DNA of 64,000 bases from contig CAVYGB010000008.1 of the NCBI GenBank assembly GCA_963767925.1, positions 480,001 to 544,000 of the forward strand, written 5' to 3'. The position numbers were made by a program, and so were the translations under genes. Origin of the DNA: an uncultured delta proteobacterium (GTDB lineage: Bacteria; Myxococcota_A; Polyangia; Fen-1088). This document shows, piece after piece, positions 39,766 to 47,673 of this stretch (its first letter is position 1; each line of letters starts with the position of its first letter). The notes below the pieces were generated by a model. The model did no database searches. It was not told the origin of the DNA and saw only the letters and a list, made by a program, of their open reading frames with translations.

Positions 39766-41130
39766 GTGCAACAGACATCGGACGCGTCGCCGCCGGGGCT
39801 TTCGCCGGGAGCAGCGCGGAGTACGCGGTTCGTGAGCGTGGGCGGCGGCAAAGGGGGGGTGGGCAAGAGCCTGGTGGCGGCCAACCTCTCGGTCGCGCTG
39901 GCCCACGCCGGGCACGAGGTGGTGCTCTGCGATCTCGACCTCGGCGCAGCCAACCTGCACCTGCTGATGGGTCAGATGCAGGCCCGGGCGGGCATCCCCG
40001 CCCTGCTCGCTGCCGACGGCGTCCTGGAGGAGGCGCTGACCGATACGGTGGTGCCGGGGTTGCGGCTGGTAGCCGGCACGGGCGGAGCGGCCGGCGCCGC
40101 CAACGTCTCCTTCGCCCAGAAGCTCCGCATCATCCGCAAGCTGCGCAACCTGCGCAGCGACTTCGTCGTGATCGACGTGGGTGCGGGGGTCGGCTACAAC
40201 GCGCTCGACTTCTTCGAGCTCGGGCAGATGCGGCTGATCGTCGCCACCCCCCAGGTGACGTCGATGCACGACGCCTACGCCTTCCTCAAGGGCGCCCTGC
40301 TGCGCACCCTGCGCCACCACGCCAAGGGCGAGGCCGAGCGCGAGCTGCTCGAGCCGGCCCTGGCCACCAAGGATCGGGAGAAGGTCAAGGATGCCCTGCT
40401 GCGCATCGGCGACGTCAACCCGACCTTCGGGGCCAAGGTCCAGCAGATCGTCGGCCACTTCGGGGCCAACCTGGTCGGCAATCAGGTCGAGAGCCGGTCC
40501 CAGCTCGGGGTGTTCCAGGCGGTGGCCCGCATGGCCGAGGACTTCCTGGGCCTCAAGCTGCCCATCCTGGGCTGCATCCCGGCCAGCGCCCGCCTGGCCA
40601 ACTCGGTCAACCAGCGGCACCCCTTCCTGGCCACGGTGGCGCCCGGCCAGCACACCCCCGAGACCGACGCCTTGAGGTCGATCATGGAGGGGCTGCTTGT
40701 CGCCGATCTGGCGCCGGAGGAAGAGCTGCTCGTCGAGCTGATCGAGGAGGGGACCCCCGAGGTGTTCGAGACGCCGTCCGACCCCTCCTCGCCGGTGATC
40801 CCGACGCCCGTGCTGGCCGGCAACGAGAGTCCGGTCCGCGCCAGCCCGGCCAGTGCCAGCCCGGCCAGTGCCAGCCCGGCCAGTGCCAGCCTGGCCAGCG
40901 AAGCCGGGGAGGCGCCCGCCGCGCTCGAGGTCCTGTCGGCGCTGGCACCGGGCGAGATCGAGGTGCCAGATCTGCCGGCCGCGGTGGTCAAGCCCCGGGT
41001 GCTGGCGCCCCGCCTGCGCAAGCGCAAGCCGGAGTCGGAGGAGACCAAGCGCAAGCGGGCCCTCGACCGGCAGGGGCGGCGCCGCAAGATCACCCTGCCG
41101 GGGATGACCCCCTTCCGGTTCAAGGGCTGA
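39766..41130 (+). CDS. MinD/FlhG(FleN)-like ATPase, paralog 1, with a long C-terminal tail
   Basis: Deviant Walker A GGGKGGVGKS, DLDLGAANLH, VIDVGAG and ATPQVTSMHDAYAFLK; GGAGGAGG SD before GTG 39766. Confidence 0.87.
   Translation: MQQTSDASPPGLSPGAARSTRFVSVGGGKGGVGKSLVAANLSVALAHAGHEVVLCDLDLGAANLHLLMGQMQARAGIPALLAADGVLEEALTDTVVPGLRLVAGTGGAAGAANVSFAQKLRIIRKLRNLRSDFVVIDVGAGVGYNALDFFELGQMRLIVATPQVTSMHDAYAFLKGALLRTLRHHAKGEAERELLEPALATKDREKVKDALLRIGDVNPTFGAKVQQIVGHFGANLVGNQVESRSQLGVFQAVARMAEDFLGLKLPILGCIPASARLANSVNQRHPFLATVAPGQHTPETDALRSIMEGLLVADLAPEEELLVELIEEGTPEVFETPSDPSSPVIPTPVLAGNESPVRASPASASPASASPASASLASEAGEAPAALEVLSALAPGEIEVPDLPAAVVKPRVLAPRLRKRKPESEETKRKRALDRQGRRRKITLPGMTPFRFKG
40840..40899 (+). 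repeat. 15-bp tandem repeat x4 (GCCAGCCCGGCCAGT; ASPAS)
   Basis: Three exact copies and one variant copy, in frame. Confidence 0.9.
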
Positions 41131-41159
41131 CCCCGGTGCGCAACTACAAATCCGTTGGA

Positions 41160-41187
41160 TCAAGCAGCGGCGCGAAAGCGCCGATGC
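41160..41187 (+). promoter_or_regulatory. sigma28-like promoter of the HDOD gene
   Basis: TCAA-N16-GCCGATGC. Confidence 0.55.
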
Positions 41188-41198
41188 CGTAGATCGCC

Positions 41199-42443
41199 GT
41201 GACTGCGTCCGCGATGTTGGACCTTCAAGCCGCCGTCCGGGCCCTCATCCGGAGCGAATCGGTGCCGATCCAGCCCTACCCCGGGGTGGCGATGCGGCTG
41301 CAGAAGCTGGTGTCCAGCGGCAACTACGGCACCCGCGAGCTGGCCACCATCGCCGCCGGCGAGCCGGTGGTGGTCTCCCGGCTGTTCCTGTGTGCCAACG
41401 GCGCGGCCTTCGCCAGCTCGGGGGAGGCCAAATCGCTGGCCGAGGCGATCACCCGCCTGGGCGGCCAGGAGGTGGTGCGGATCGCCATCGCCGCCTGCCT
41501 GGGCGTGCAGAACGCCCGCCCCGGCCCCCTGGCCTCGGTCCGCGCCCGGATCTGGCAGGAGGCCATCACGGGCGCCTTGATCGCCGCGCAGATCGGCCAC
41601 GCCCGGCGGGTCAGCGCCGACGAGGCCTTCCTGTGTGGGCTGCTCCACGACATCGGGCGGGTGGTGGCGGTCTCCTGCCTGGAGGTCGTGCTGGCCCGCC
41701 ACGGGGACCGGCGGCTGCTGTCGGAGGACGAGTGGCTGGCCGAGATCGAGCCGCTGAAGACCGAGATGGGCGTCCTGGTGGCCACCCACTGGAAGCTCCC
41801 CGACGTGGTGAAGGCGGCGATCTCCGATCACCGGGCGGCGCCCGAGGCCGGCCCCCACGGCGTCATGGCGACAATCATCCGCACCTCCGACGAGGTCGTC
41901 CGGCTCCTGATGTCCGAGGCGCACGTGACCGACAGCGCCCTGCTGGCCATCCCCACCATGAACCGGGCCGAGGCCACCTTGCTGCTGGGGGTCATCCCCT
42001 CGATCGGGCCGCTGGTGGCGGGCCTCACCGACAAGCCACCCTCCTCGGGCGTCTCGGGCACGTTTGCCATCCCCTCCCAGGTGGTCAAGCCGGCCCAGCC
42101 TGCCCCGGAGGCGGCCCCCCCGGAGGAGAGCGACATCCCGGTCACTCTGTTCAAGGGACGCCAGCCCTTGCCCGGCCGCTGCAACCAGATGTTCAACCGT
42201 TCGTTCAGCGTCGCCGTCGCCCAGCCGGTCGAGGAGAACTACCTGGTCAAGGTGGTGTTCGCCCAGCCCGGGGAGGTCGCCTTCGAGGTCCACGCCCGGG
42301 TGCTGTCCTGCACGCCCGGACCGCGGGGCTTCCAGGTCCAGGCCGCCCTGTTCGCGCTGGCCGGACCGGGCAAGGAGCGCTGGAACGCCCTCCTCAAGTC
42401 GGTCACCGCCGCCCCGCCGTCCCGCCGCCCCGATCCGCAGTAG
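41199..42443 (+). CDS. HDOD-domain protein with a C-terminal beta-rich (PilZ-barrel-like) domain
   Basis: YPGVAMRL..SLAEAITRLG..AFLCGLLHDIG..HWKLP. The C-terminal FSVAV..FEVHARV resembles a PilZ barrel without the RxxxR motif. Confidence 0.8.
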   Translation: MTASAMLDLQAAVRALIRSESVPIQPYPGVAMRLQKLVSSGNYGTRELATIAAGEPVVVSRLFLCANGAAFASSGEAKSLAEAITRLGGQEVVRIAIAACLGVQNARPGPLASVRARIWQEAITGALIAAQIGHARRVSADEAFLCGLLHDIGRVVAVSCLEVVLARHGDRRLLSEDEWLAEIEPLKTEMGVLVATHWKLPDVVKAAISDHRAAPEAGPHGVMATIIRTSDEVVRLLMSEAHVTDSALLAIPTMNRAEATLLLGVIPSIGPLVAGLTDKPPSSGVSGTFAIPSQVVKPAQPAPEAAPPEESDIPVTLFKGRQPLPGRCNQMFNRSFSVAVAQPVEENYLVKVVFAQPGEVAFEVHARVLSCTPGPRGFQVQAALFALAGPGKERWNALLKSVTAAPPSRRPDPQ

Positions 42444-42477
42444 CCCGGGTGGCGCCGCCCCCGGCCCCTCGGGGGTT

Positions 42478-42504
42478 TCAAGTTCTCGGCGGGGGAGTCG
42501 ATGG
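42478..42504 (+). promoter_or_regulatory. sigma28-like promoter of FlhG paralog 2
   Basis: TCAA-N15-GTCGATGG, starting TCAAGTT; same layout as paralog 1. Confidence 0.62.
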
Positions 42505-42512
42505 CTGAAGCG

Positions 42513-43646
42513 ATGAGCTCTGCAAAGTCGAGCCAGGCCCGGCCGCCGGCCTCGCGGATCGTGAGCGTGGGCGGGGGCAAAGGCGGCGTCGGCAAGAGCC
42601 TGCTCGCGACGAACCTCTCGGTGGCGCTGGCGCAGGCTGGATACCAGGTGGTCCTGTGCGACCTCGATCTCGGCGCGGCGAACCTGCATCTGATGATGGG
42701 GGTGGATCAGCCGCGGGCCGGCATCGCCGCGCTGCTGACCGGTCGGGGATCGCTGGAGGATGCCGTCACCGAGACCGAGGTGCCCCGGCTGCGGTTGCTG
42801 GCCGGGACCGGCGGCACCATCTCGGCGGCCAACATCTCCCACAGCCAGAAGCTGCGGATCATCCGCAAGCTGCGCAGCCTGCGCAGCGACTTCGTCGTGA
42901 TCGATTGCGGGGCCGGTGTGGGCTACAACGTGCTCGACTTCTTCGAGCTCGGGCAGCAGCGGATCGTCGTGGCGACGCCCCAGGTGACCTCGGTGCACGA
43001 CGCCTACGCCTTCCTCAAGGGCGCCGTCCTGCGCACCTTGCGGCACCACGCGACCCGCGCCTCGGAGGTGGCCCTGCTCGACCGGGCCGTCTCGAGCAGG
43101 GAGCGGGAGAAGGTGAAGGACCTGCTGCTGCAGATCGGGGAGCAGGACCGGGCCTTCGGGGCCAAGGTGGAGCGGATCCTCAAGCAGTTCGGGGCCTACC
43201 TGGTTGTCAACCAGCTCGAGCACGCCGGTCAGATGCGGATCTTCCAGGCGGTCTCGCGCATGGTGGAGGACTTCCTGGGGATCGCCCTGCCGATCCTCGG
43301 CTGCGTGCCCCAGAGCGGCCTGCTGGCCGAGTCGGTCAACGACCGGCAGCCCCTGCTGGCCCGTTTCCCCGCCGGTGAGGTCGACGCGGCCCGGGCCTTC
43401 TGCGCCATGGTCGAGGCGGTGGCGGCGGGAGACCTGGCGCCCGAGGAGGAGCTGCTGCTCGAGCTCATCGAGACCGGCACCGTCGATCCTCCGGTCACCC
43501 CTGGCGAGCCCGCCCTGCTCGAGCTGGGGGCGTTCTGGTCGGACGGGATCCCGGCCTCCGAGGAGGAGGACGTGCCCATCGACATGGACGAGCCCTCGGG
43601 CCTTTTCGTCCGCCCGCCCGACGCCAGCCTCGTGTCGACCGAGTGA
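42513..43646 (+). CDS. MinD/FlhG(FleN)-like ATPase, paralog 2, with an acidic tail
   Basis: GGGKGGVGKS, DLDLGAANLH and VIDCGAG; closely similar to 39766..41130. ATG 42501 falls inside the putative -10 box, so 42513 is preferred. Confidence 0.87.
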   Translation: MSSAKSSQARPPASRIVSVGGGKGGVGKSLLATNLSVALAQAGYQVVLCDLDLGAANLHLMMGVDQPRAGIAALLTGRGSLEDAVTETEVPRLRLLAGTGGTISAANISHSQKLRIIRKLRSLRSDFVVIDCGAGVGYNVLDFFELGQQRIVVATPQVTSVHDAYAFLKGAVLRTLRHHATRASEVALLDRAVSSREREKVKDLLLQIGEQDRAFGAKVERILKQFGAYLVVNQLEHAGQMRIFQAVSRMVEDFLGIALPILGCVPQSGLLAESVNDRQPLLARFPAGEVDAARAFCAMVEAVAAGDLAPEEELLLELIETGTVDPPVTPGEPALLELGAFWSDGIPASEEEDVPIDMDEPSGLFVRPPDASLVSTE

Positions 43647-43656
43647 GGCCAGCGCA

Positions 43657-44304
43657 CTAGCGGCCGGGGTCGGCCTCTGGCTCGCCGCCCAGCTCCCGCA
43701 CGCCTTCCTGGTAGGCCTCGTTGATCTCGGCCATCCGGGCGCCGCTGCCGCCCCGATCGGGGTGGTAGCGGGCGGCCAGGGCCCGGCGCTGCAGGCGGAT
43801 CAGCTCGAGCAGGGCGGGGCGGTCGCGAAACCCAAGCACCTCCCACCAGGGCGGCCGCTCGCGGGGCAGGGGGGCGATGCGGAACCCCACCAGCATCTGG
43901 GCCAGGTCGGCCACGCCCCAGCGGAGCTGGCCCTGCACCGCCTCGAGGTGCTTGGCCACCGCGGCCAGGTTGTCCGCCACCCGATCCCAGGTGTCGCAGC
44001 AGACGCAGTGGGGTGCCCCCTCGAGATCGAAGTAGACCGCGACGCCCGGATCCTCCGGCTGCTTGCTGTCCGGACGGGTCAGGGTGGGGGCGGCGGGCGC
44101 GTTGCTGCTGAGCACCAGGTTCCGGGTGGCCAGCTTGTCGAGCTGCGAGCGGACCCGGCCGGTGGCCACCGCCAGGGAGACCGGGGTGCCCGACTCCGAA
44201 AACGGCGTGCGCCGGCGGCGGCTGCGCGGCGTGCGCGGCCGGCCGGCGGGCCAGCACAGGGGGTGCGGCGTTGGCCGTCCGGGGGGCGACGCGCCCGGCG
44301 GCAT
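43657..44304 (-). CDS. J-domain (DnaJ-like) protein of the small phage/prophage-associated type
   Basis: PLCWPAGRPRT..DPGVAVYF..CDTWDRVADNLAAVAKHLEA..RWG..PWWEVLG..YHPDRGGS..MAEINEAY. The ATG overlaps the radical SAM TGA (TGATG). Confidence 0.8.
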   Translation of the reverse strand: MPPGASPPGRPTPHPLCWPAGRPRTPRSRRRRTPFSESGTPVSLAVATGRVRSQLDKLATRNLVLSSNAPAAPTLTRPDSKQPEDPGVAVYFDLEGAPHCVCCDTWDRVADNLAAVAKHLEAVQGQLRWGVADLAQMLVGFRIAPLPRERPPWWEVLGFRDRPALLELIRLQRRALAARYHPDRGGSGARMAEINEAYQEGVRELGGEPEADPGR

Positions 44305-46331
44305 CACGGCGCCGCGACGGGCGCGCGGTCCGCGGGCGCCGGGGTCGGTGCGGGCGGCGCCATGGCCGCCCCGAAGCAGGCGTTCCAGGAGAGCACCCGC
44401 TGCGGGGGCACCCCCGCCCGGTCGAGCAGGGCGAGGGCCTCGGCGTACTCCACCCAGGGCAGCACCAGGAAGACCTGGTCCGGGCGGGCCCGGACGTTCT
44501 CCTCGTCGAGGGCCGCCACCGGGTGGCCGAGGAAGGTCTGCCCGATGCGGTTGGAGCGGCTGTCGAGCACGCCGGTGAGGCGCAGGCCCGCCAGATCGAT
44601 GTCCTCCGCGTACAGCCCGAAATAGCGGTCCATGGCCGGCAGGACGACGACCTCCTGCTGGGTGGCGCGCAGGCGATCGAGCTCCGCCTGGAACCCGGCG
44701 TAGATCGCGCCCACGTGGGGGATGGCCCGGGCCAGCAGGTGGTGCTTCTCCCGGCAGGTCAGGCAGACGATGTTGAGCCCGGACAGGCCGATCGGGCTGC
44801 GCAGGGCGGGCGGGCCGCCGCTGGCCGTCTCGGGCGGGTAGGGGATGTCGACGTCGTGATCCCGGTGTCCGCAGCGGGGGCAGCGCAGGGTCATCCGGGA
44901 GCTGGTCGGCGAGAGGGGGCGCCCGGCCTCGACCAGGGTGAGCTGCTTGCGGTGGTTGCGGTCGTTGCGCTCGCGCAGCTCGAGGTACAGCTCCCGGTAG
45001 CGGGCGTCGGACAGCTCGGTCATGTTGACCATGTCGCGCCACAGGTAGCGGGACACGTCGCCCATGCTGCGCAGGAAGGCCTCCCGGTCGGGGATGAGGC
45101 CGGTCTTCTCGGCGTGGGCGTAGACCTGGGTGCCGGGGTAGGGGATGACCGCCGACCAGTCCACGAAGTAGAGGTGATGTTCGTCCTGGAAGCGGAGGGA
45201 CTCGGCCAGGGTCTCCTCGTTCTCGGCGGGGTCCCCGAAGAGGAAGTTGGCCTGGATGCCGATGCGCGCCTCCCGGGTCATCGCCACCGCGTCGGCGATC
45301 TGACCGGCGCTGATCTTCTTTTGCATGCTGTCGAGGACGAGGTTGCTGCCGCTCTCGAAGCCGTAGGAGATGTGGATGCAGCCGGCGTCTTTCATCAGCC
45401 GGAGCAGGGCCTGGTCGAGCTGGTCGACCCGGAGCTGGCAATACCAGGTGATGCCCAGGGGCTTGACCCGCTCGCAGAACTCGGCGATCCGCTTCTTGTT
45501 GGCCGAGAACAGCTCGTCGTAGATCATGAAGTAGCGCACGCCGAAGCGGGCCAGGCAGGCCTCGATGTGCCCCACCACGTTCTCGATCGAGTGGCGTTTG
45601 TAGGCCCCCATGCCGGCGTGGTAGCAGAACGTGCAGCGGAAGGGGCAGGAGCGGCTGGCGGTGATGGGGATGTGGCGGGCGCCCGAGAGCAGGGTCTCGT
45701 GGTAGGAGAAGCGCTGCTCGGACTGGATGTCGAGGTACGACTCCATCCCGAACAGGTCGAGGTCGGGGTGGGCCAGCTCGTCGAGCGCCTCCACGGTCTT
45801 GCCCTCGCCGCTGTAGACCGGGGCCCCTTCCCGCCAGCCCCAGACGCCGGCCACCTGGTCGGCGCCCTGGCCCGCGCCGATGGCGGCCAGCAGCTCGGAG
45901 AAGATCACTTCGCCTTCGCCCACCACCATGAACTCCGGGCGCACGGCGCGCATCACCAGCTCGCTCTCGCAGGAGGTGATGCCCCCACCCAGCACGACCG
46001 GCGCCGGGGTCCGCGCGCGCACGAAGGCCACGATCTTCTCGATCTCGGCGAAGGCGATGGTCAGGCCGCCCACCCCCACCACGTCGATGGCCTCCTCTCG
46101 CAGGAGCCGGTCCAGCTCGGCGTAGCGCTCGCTGGGGCCGTGGTTGTTCATGTTCAGCGGGACCACCTGGTGGCCATCCCGGCGGATGTGGGCCGAGAGG
46201 TAGGAGAGCCCGATGGGGAAATAGAGGGTGTTTCGCCCGGCGGCGTAGCTCGGCGAGATCAGCAGCACCCGCAGGGGGCGGGTGGCCGCCGGCGGGCGCG
46301 GCCGCTTACCAAGTGACAGGAGCGAGGTCAC
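44304..46331 (-). CDS. Cobalamin-binding radical SAM protein with C-terminal Cys pairs and a Rossmann-like domain
   Basis: FPIGLSYLSA..VVLGG..GEGE (B12-binding); SRSCPFRCTFC (CxxxCxxC); YGFESGS; PYPGT; then CPRC..CLTC. Confidence 0.9.
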   Translation of the reverse strand: MTSLLSLGKRPRPPAATRPLRVLLISPSYAAGRNTLYFPIGLSYLSAHIRRDGHQVVPLNMNNHGPSERYAELDRLLREEAIDVVGVGGLTIAFAEIEKIVAFVRARTPAPVVLGGGITSCESELVMRAVRPEFMVVGEGEVIFSELLAAIGAGQGADQVAGVWGWREGAPVYSGEGKTVEALDELAHPDLDLFGMESYLDIQSEQRFSYHETLLSGARHIPITASRSCPFRCTFCYHAGMGAYKRHSIENVVGHIEACLARFGVRYFMIYDELFSANKKRIAEFCERVKPLGITWYCQLRVDQLDQALLRLMKDAGCIHISYGFESGSNLVLDSMQKKISAGQIADAVAMTREARIGIQANFLFGDPAENEETLAESLRFQDEHHLYFVDWSAVIPYPGTQVYAHAEKTGLIPDREAFLRSMGDVSRYLWRDMVNMTELSDARYRELYLELRERNDRNHRKQLTLVEAGRPLSPTSSRMTLRCPRCGHRDHDVDIPYPPETASGGPPALRSPIGLSGLNIVCLTCREKHHLLARAIPHVGAIYAGFQAELDRLRATQQEVVVLPAMDRYFGLYAEDIDLAGLRLTGVLDSRSNRIGQTFLGHPVAALDEENVRARPDQVFLVLPWVEYAEALALLDRAGVPPQRVLSWNACFGAAMAPPAPTPAPADRAPVAAP

Positions 46332-47673
46332 GCGCGATCTCCGTGCTGTGGGTGGTCCGGCTGGGGCCCTGGATCAGGTCGAGCACGCCAGGCAGGTAGC
46401 GCTCGATGTGCAGCTGCCGCTGGGCGACCCGCACCCGCTCCTGCAGGGCGGGATAGTCCTGGGCCTCGAGGCGCCGGTCGAGGTCGGACAGGTCGGACTG
46501 GCCCAGCACCAGCCCGATCCCATGCTCGCGCACGATGGTGGCCATGTACGCCAGCTCCTCGCTCACCAGCACCGGCAGCCCGGCGGCCAGGTAGGCGAAC
46601 AGCTTGCTGGCCAGGGCGCCGCGCAGGTGGTCCTTACCGACCGCCAGGTCGGAGGGAAAGGGGTAGAGCAGCAGGCCGAAGTCGAAGCGGCCGTGCAGCT
46701 CGGCCAGCAGGCGGGCCTGGGGCATCCAGCTCCGCAAGGAGAAGCGGGGCGCCTCGGCGGCGAGGGTCTGGTAATCGCCGAAGAAGTCCTGGAACAGCTC
46801 CGGTGTCTTGCAGTAGGAGGGGTAGGCGGTGATGAAGAGGCCTCGATCGAGCAGCCGGCGGAACAGGGGGACACACTGCAGGTCGCCGAAGATGCGGGGG
46901 GCGGTGGTCCGGCTGCGGAGCTGGCCGGCGTGCACCAGGTGCCAGCCCTGGCGCTGGCGGGGGACCGGGGGCCGCATCCAGGCGGCGGGGGGGCAGGGCA
47001 GGAGCTGGGCGGAGGGGACCGTGGCCTGGGCCAGGCGAGCCCGCATCGGCTCGCCCCCGTCCTTGTAGATGAAGCCGGCGGTCGACCGGCGCAGGTAGCG
47101 CTCCGAGGCGCGCATGAGGGCGATCTCGTCGGCGGTGAACACGCCGGCCTCGACGAAGGCCGACTCCGCCGCGGGGTCGATGAACGACTCCATCCAGTCG
47201 TAGACCTCCTGGACCAGGCGAAGCTCCGGGCGGAGGGCGTGGATGAGCTGGCTCAGGAAGGACTGCTTGGCGTGCGCTTGCAGGTAGATCGGCACCGGGG
47301 CCAGCCGGAGCACCAGCTCGGACAGGGCCCAGAAGGAGCCCTGGCAGGAGAAGCTTTCGGTGAAGGTGTCGGCGGGCGCTGGCGAGAACAGGTAGACCCC
47401 GAAGACGGCGTAGCCCCGTTCGCGCAGGGCGTGGGCCACGTATTCGATGGTGGGGAAGTTGCTGCGGTGGGGGGCCACGAAGACCACCGCCCGGGGCGCC
47501 GCCGCGATGCGGGCGGCCAGCGCGCGGATCTCGGGGATCCGCTCGGGCGCGAAGCCCCAGGAGCGGCCCACGACGGCCGCGATGCGGGCGGCCGTGTCGG
47601 CGTCGGCCACGGCGTGCAGGGGGATGAGCGAGGCGCGCTCGATGAGCGCGGGACCTCGGGACCGATCAGGCAA
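46306..47673 (-). CDS. Putative glycosyltransferase (GT-B, GT4-like C-terminus)
   Basis: LVHAGQL..FDFGLL..ALASKLFAYLAAGLPVLVS..VREHGIG; TTG start after GAGGAG. Confidence 0.72.
   Translation of the reverse strand: MPDRSRGPALIERASLIPLHAVADADTAARIAAVVGRSWGFAPERIPEIRALAARIAAAPRAVVFVAPHRSNFPTIEYVAHALRERGYAVFGVYLFSPAPADTFTESFSCQGSFWALSELVLRLAPVPIYLQAHAKQSFLSQLIHALRPELRLVQEVYDWMESFIDPAAESAFVEAGVFTADEIALMRASERYLRRSTAGFIYKDGGEPMRARLAQATVPSAQLLPCPPAAWMRPPVPRQRQGWHLVHAGQLRSRTTAPRIFGDLQCVPLFRRLLDRGLFITAYPSYCKTPELFQDFFGDYQTLAAEAPRFSLRSWMPQARLLAELHGRFDFGLLLYPFPSDLAVGKDHLRGALASKLFAYLAAGLPVLVSEELAYMATIVREHGIGLVLGQSDLSDLDRRLEAQDYPALQERVRVAQRQLHIERYLPGVLDLIQGPSRTTHSTEIARDLAPVTW

Noticed and set aside
40840..40899. 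15-bp repeats here and at about 18955-19060 as CRISPR or phase-variation loci
   Set aside because: There are no spacers, unit lengths are multiples of 3 within coding linkers, and no cas genes are present.
43657..44304. Prophage around the J-domain gene
   Set aside because: No integrase, terminase, structural genes or att-like repeats were recognised nearby.
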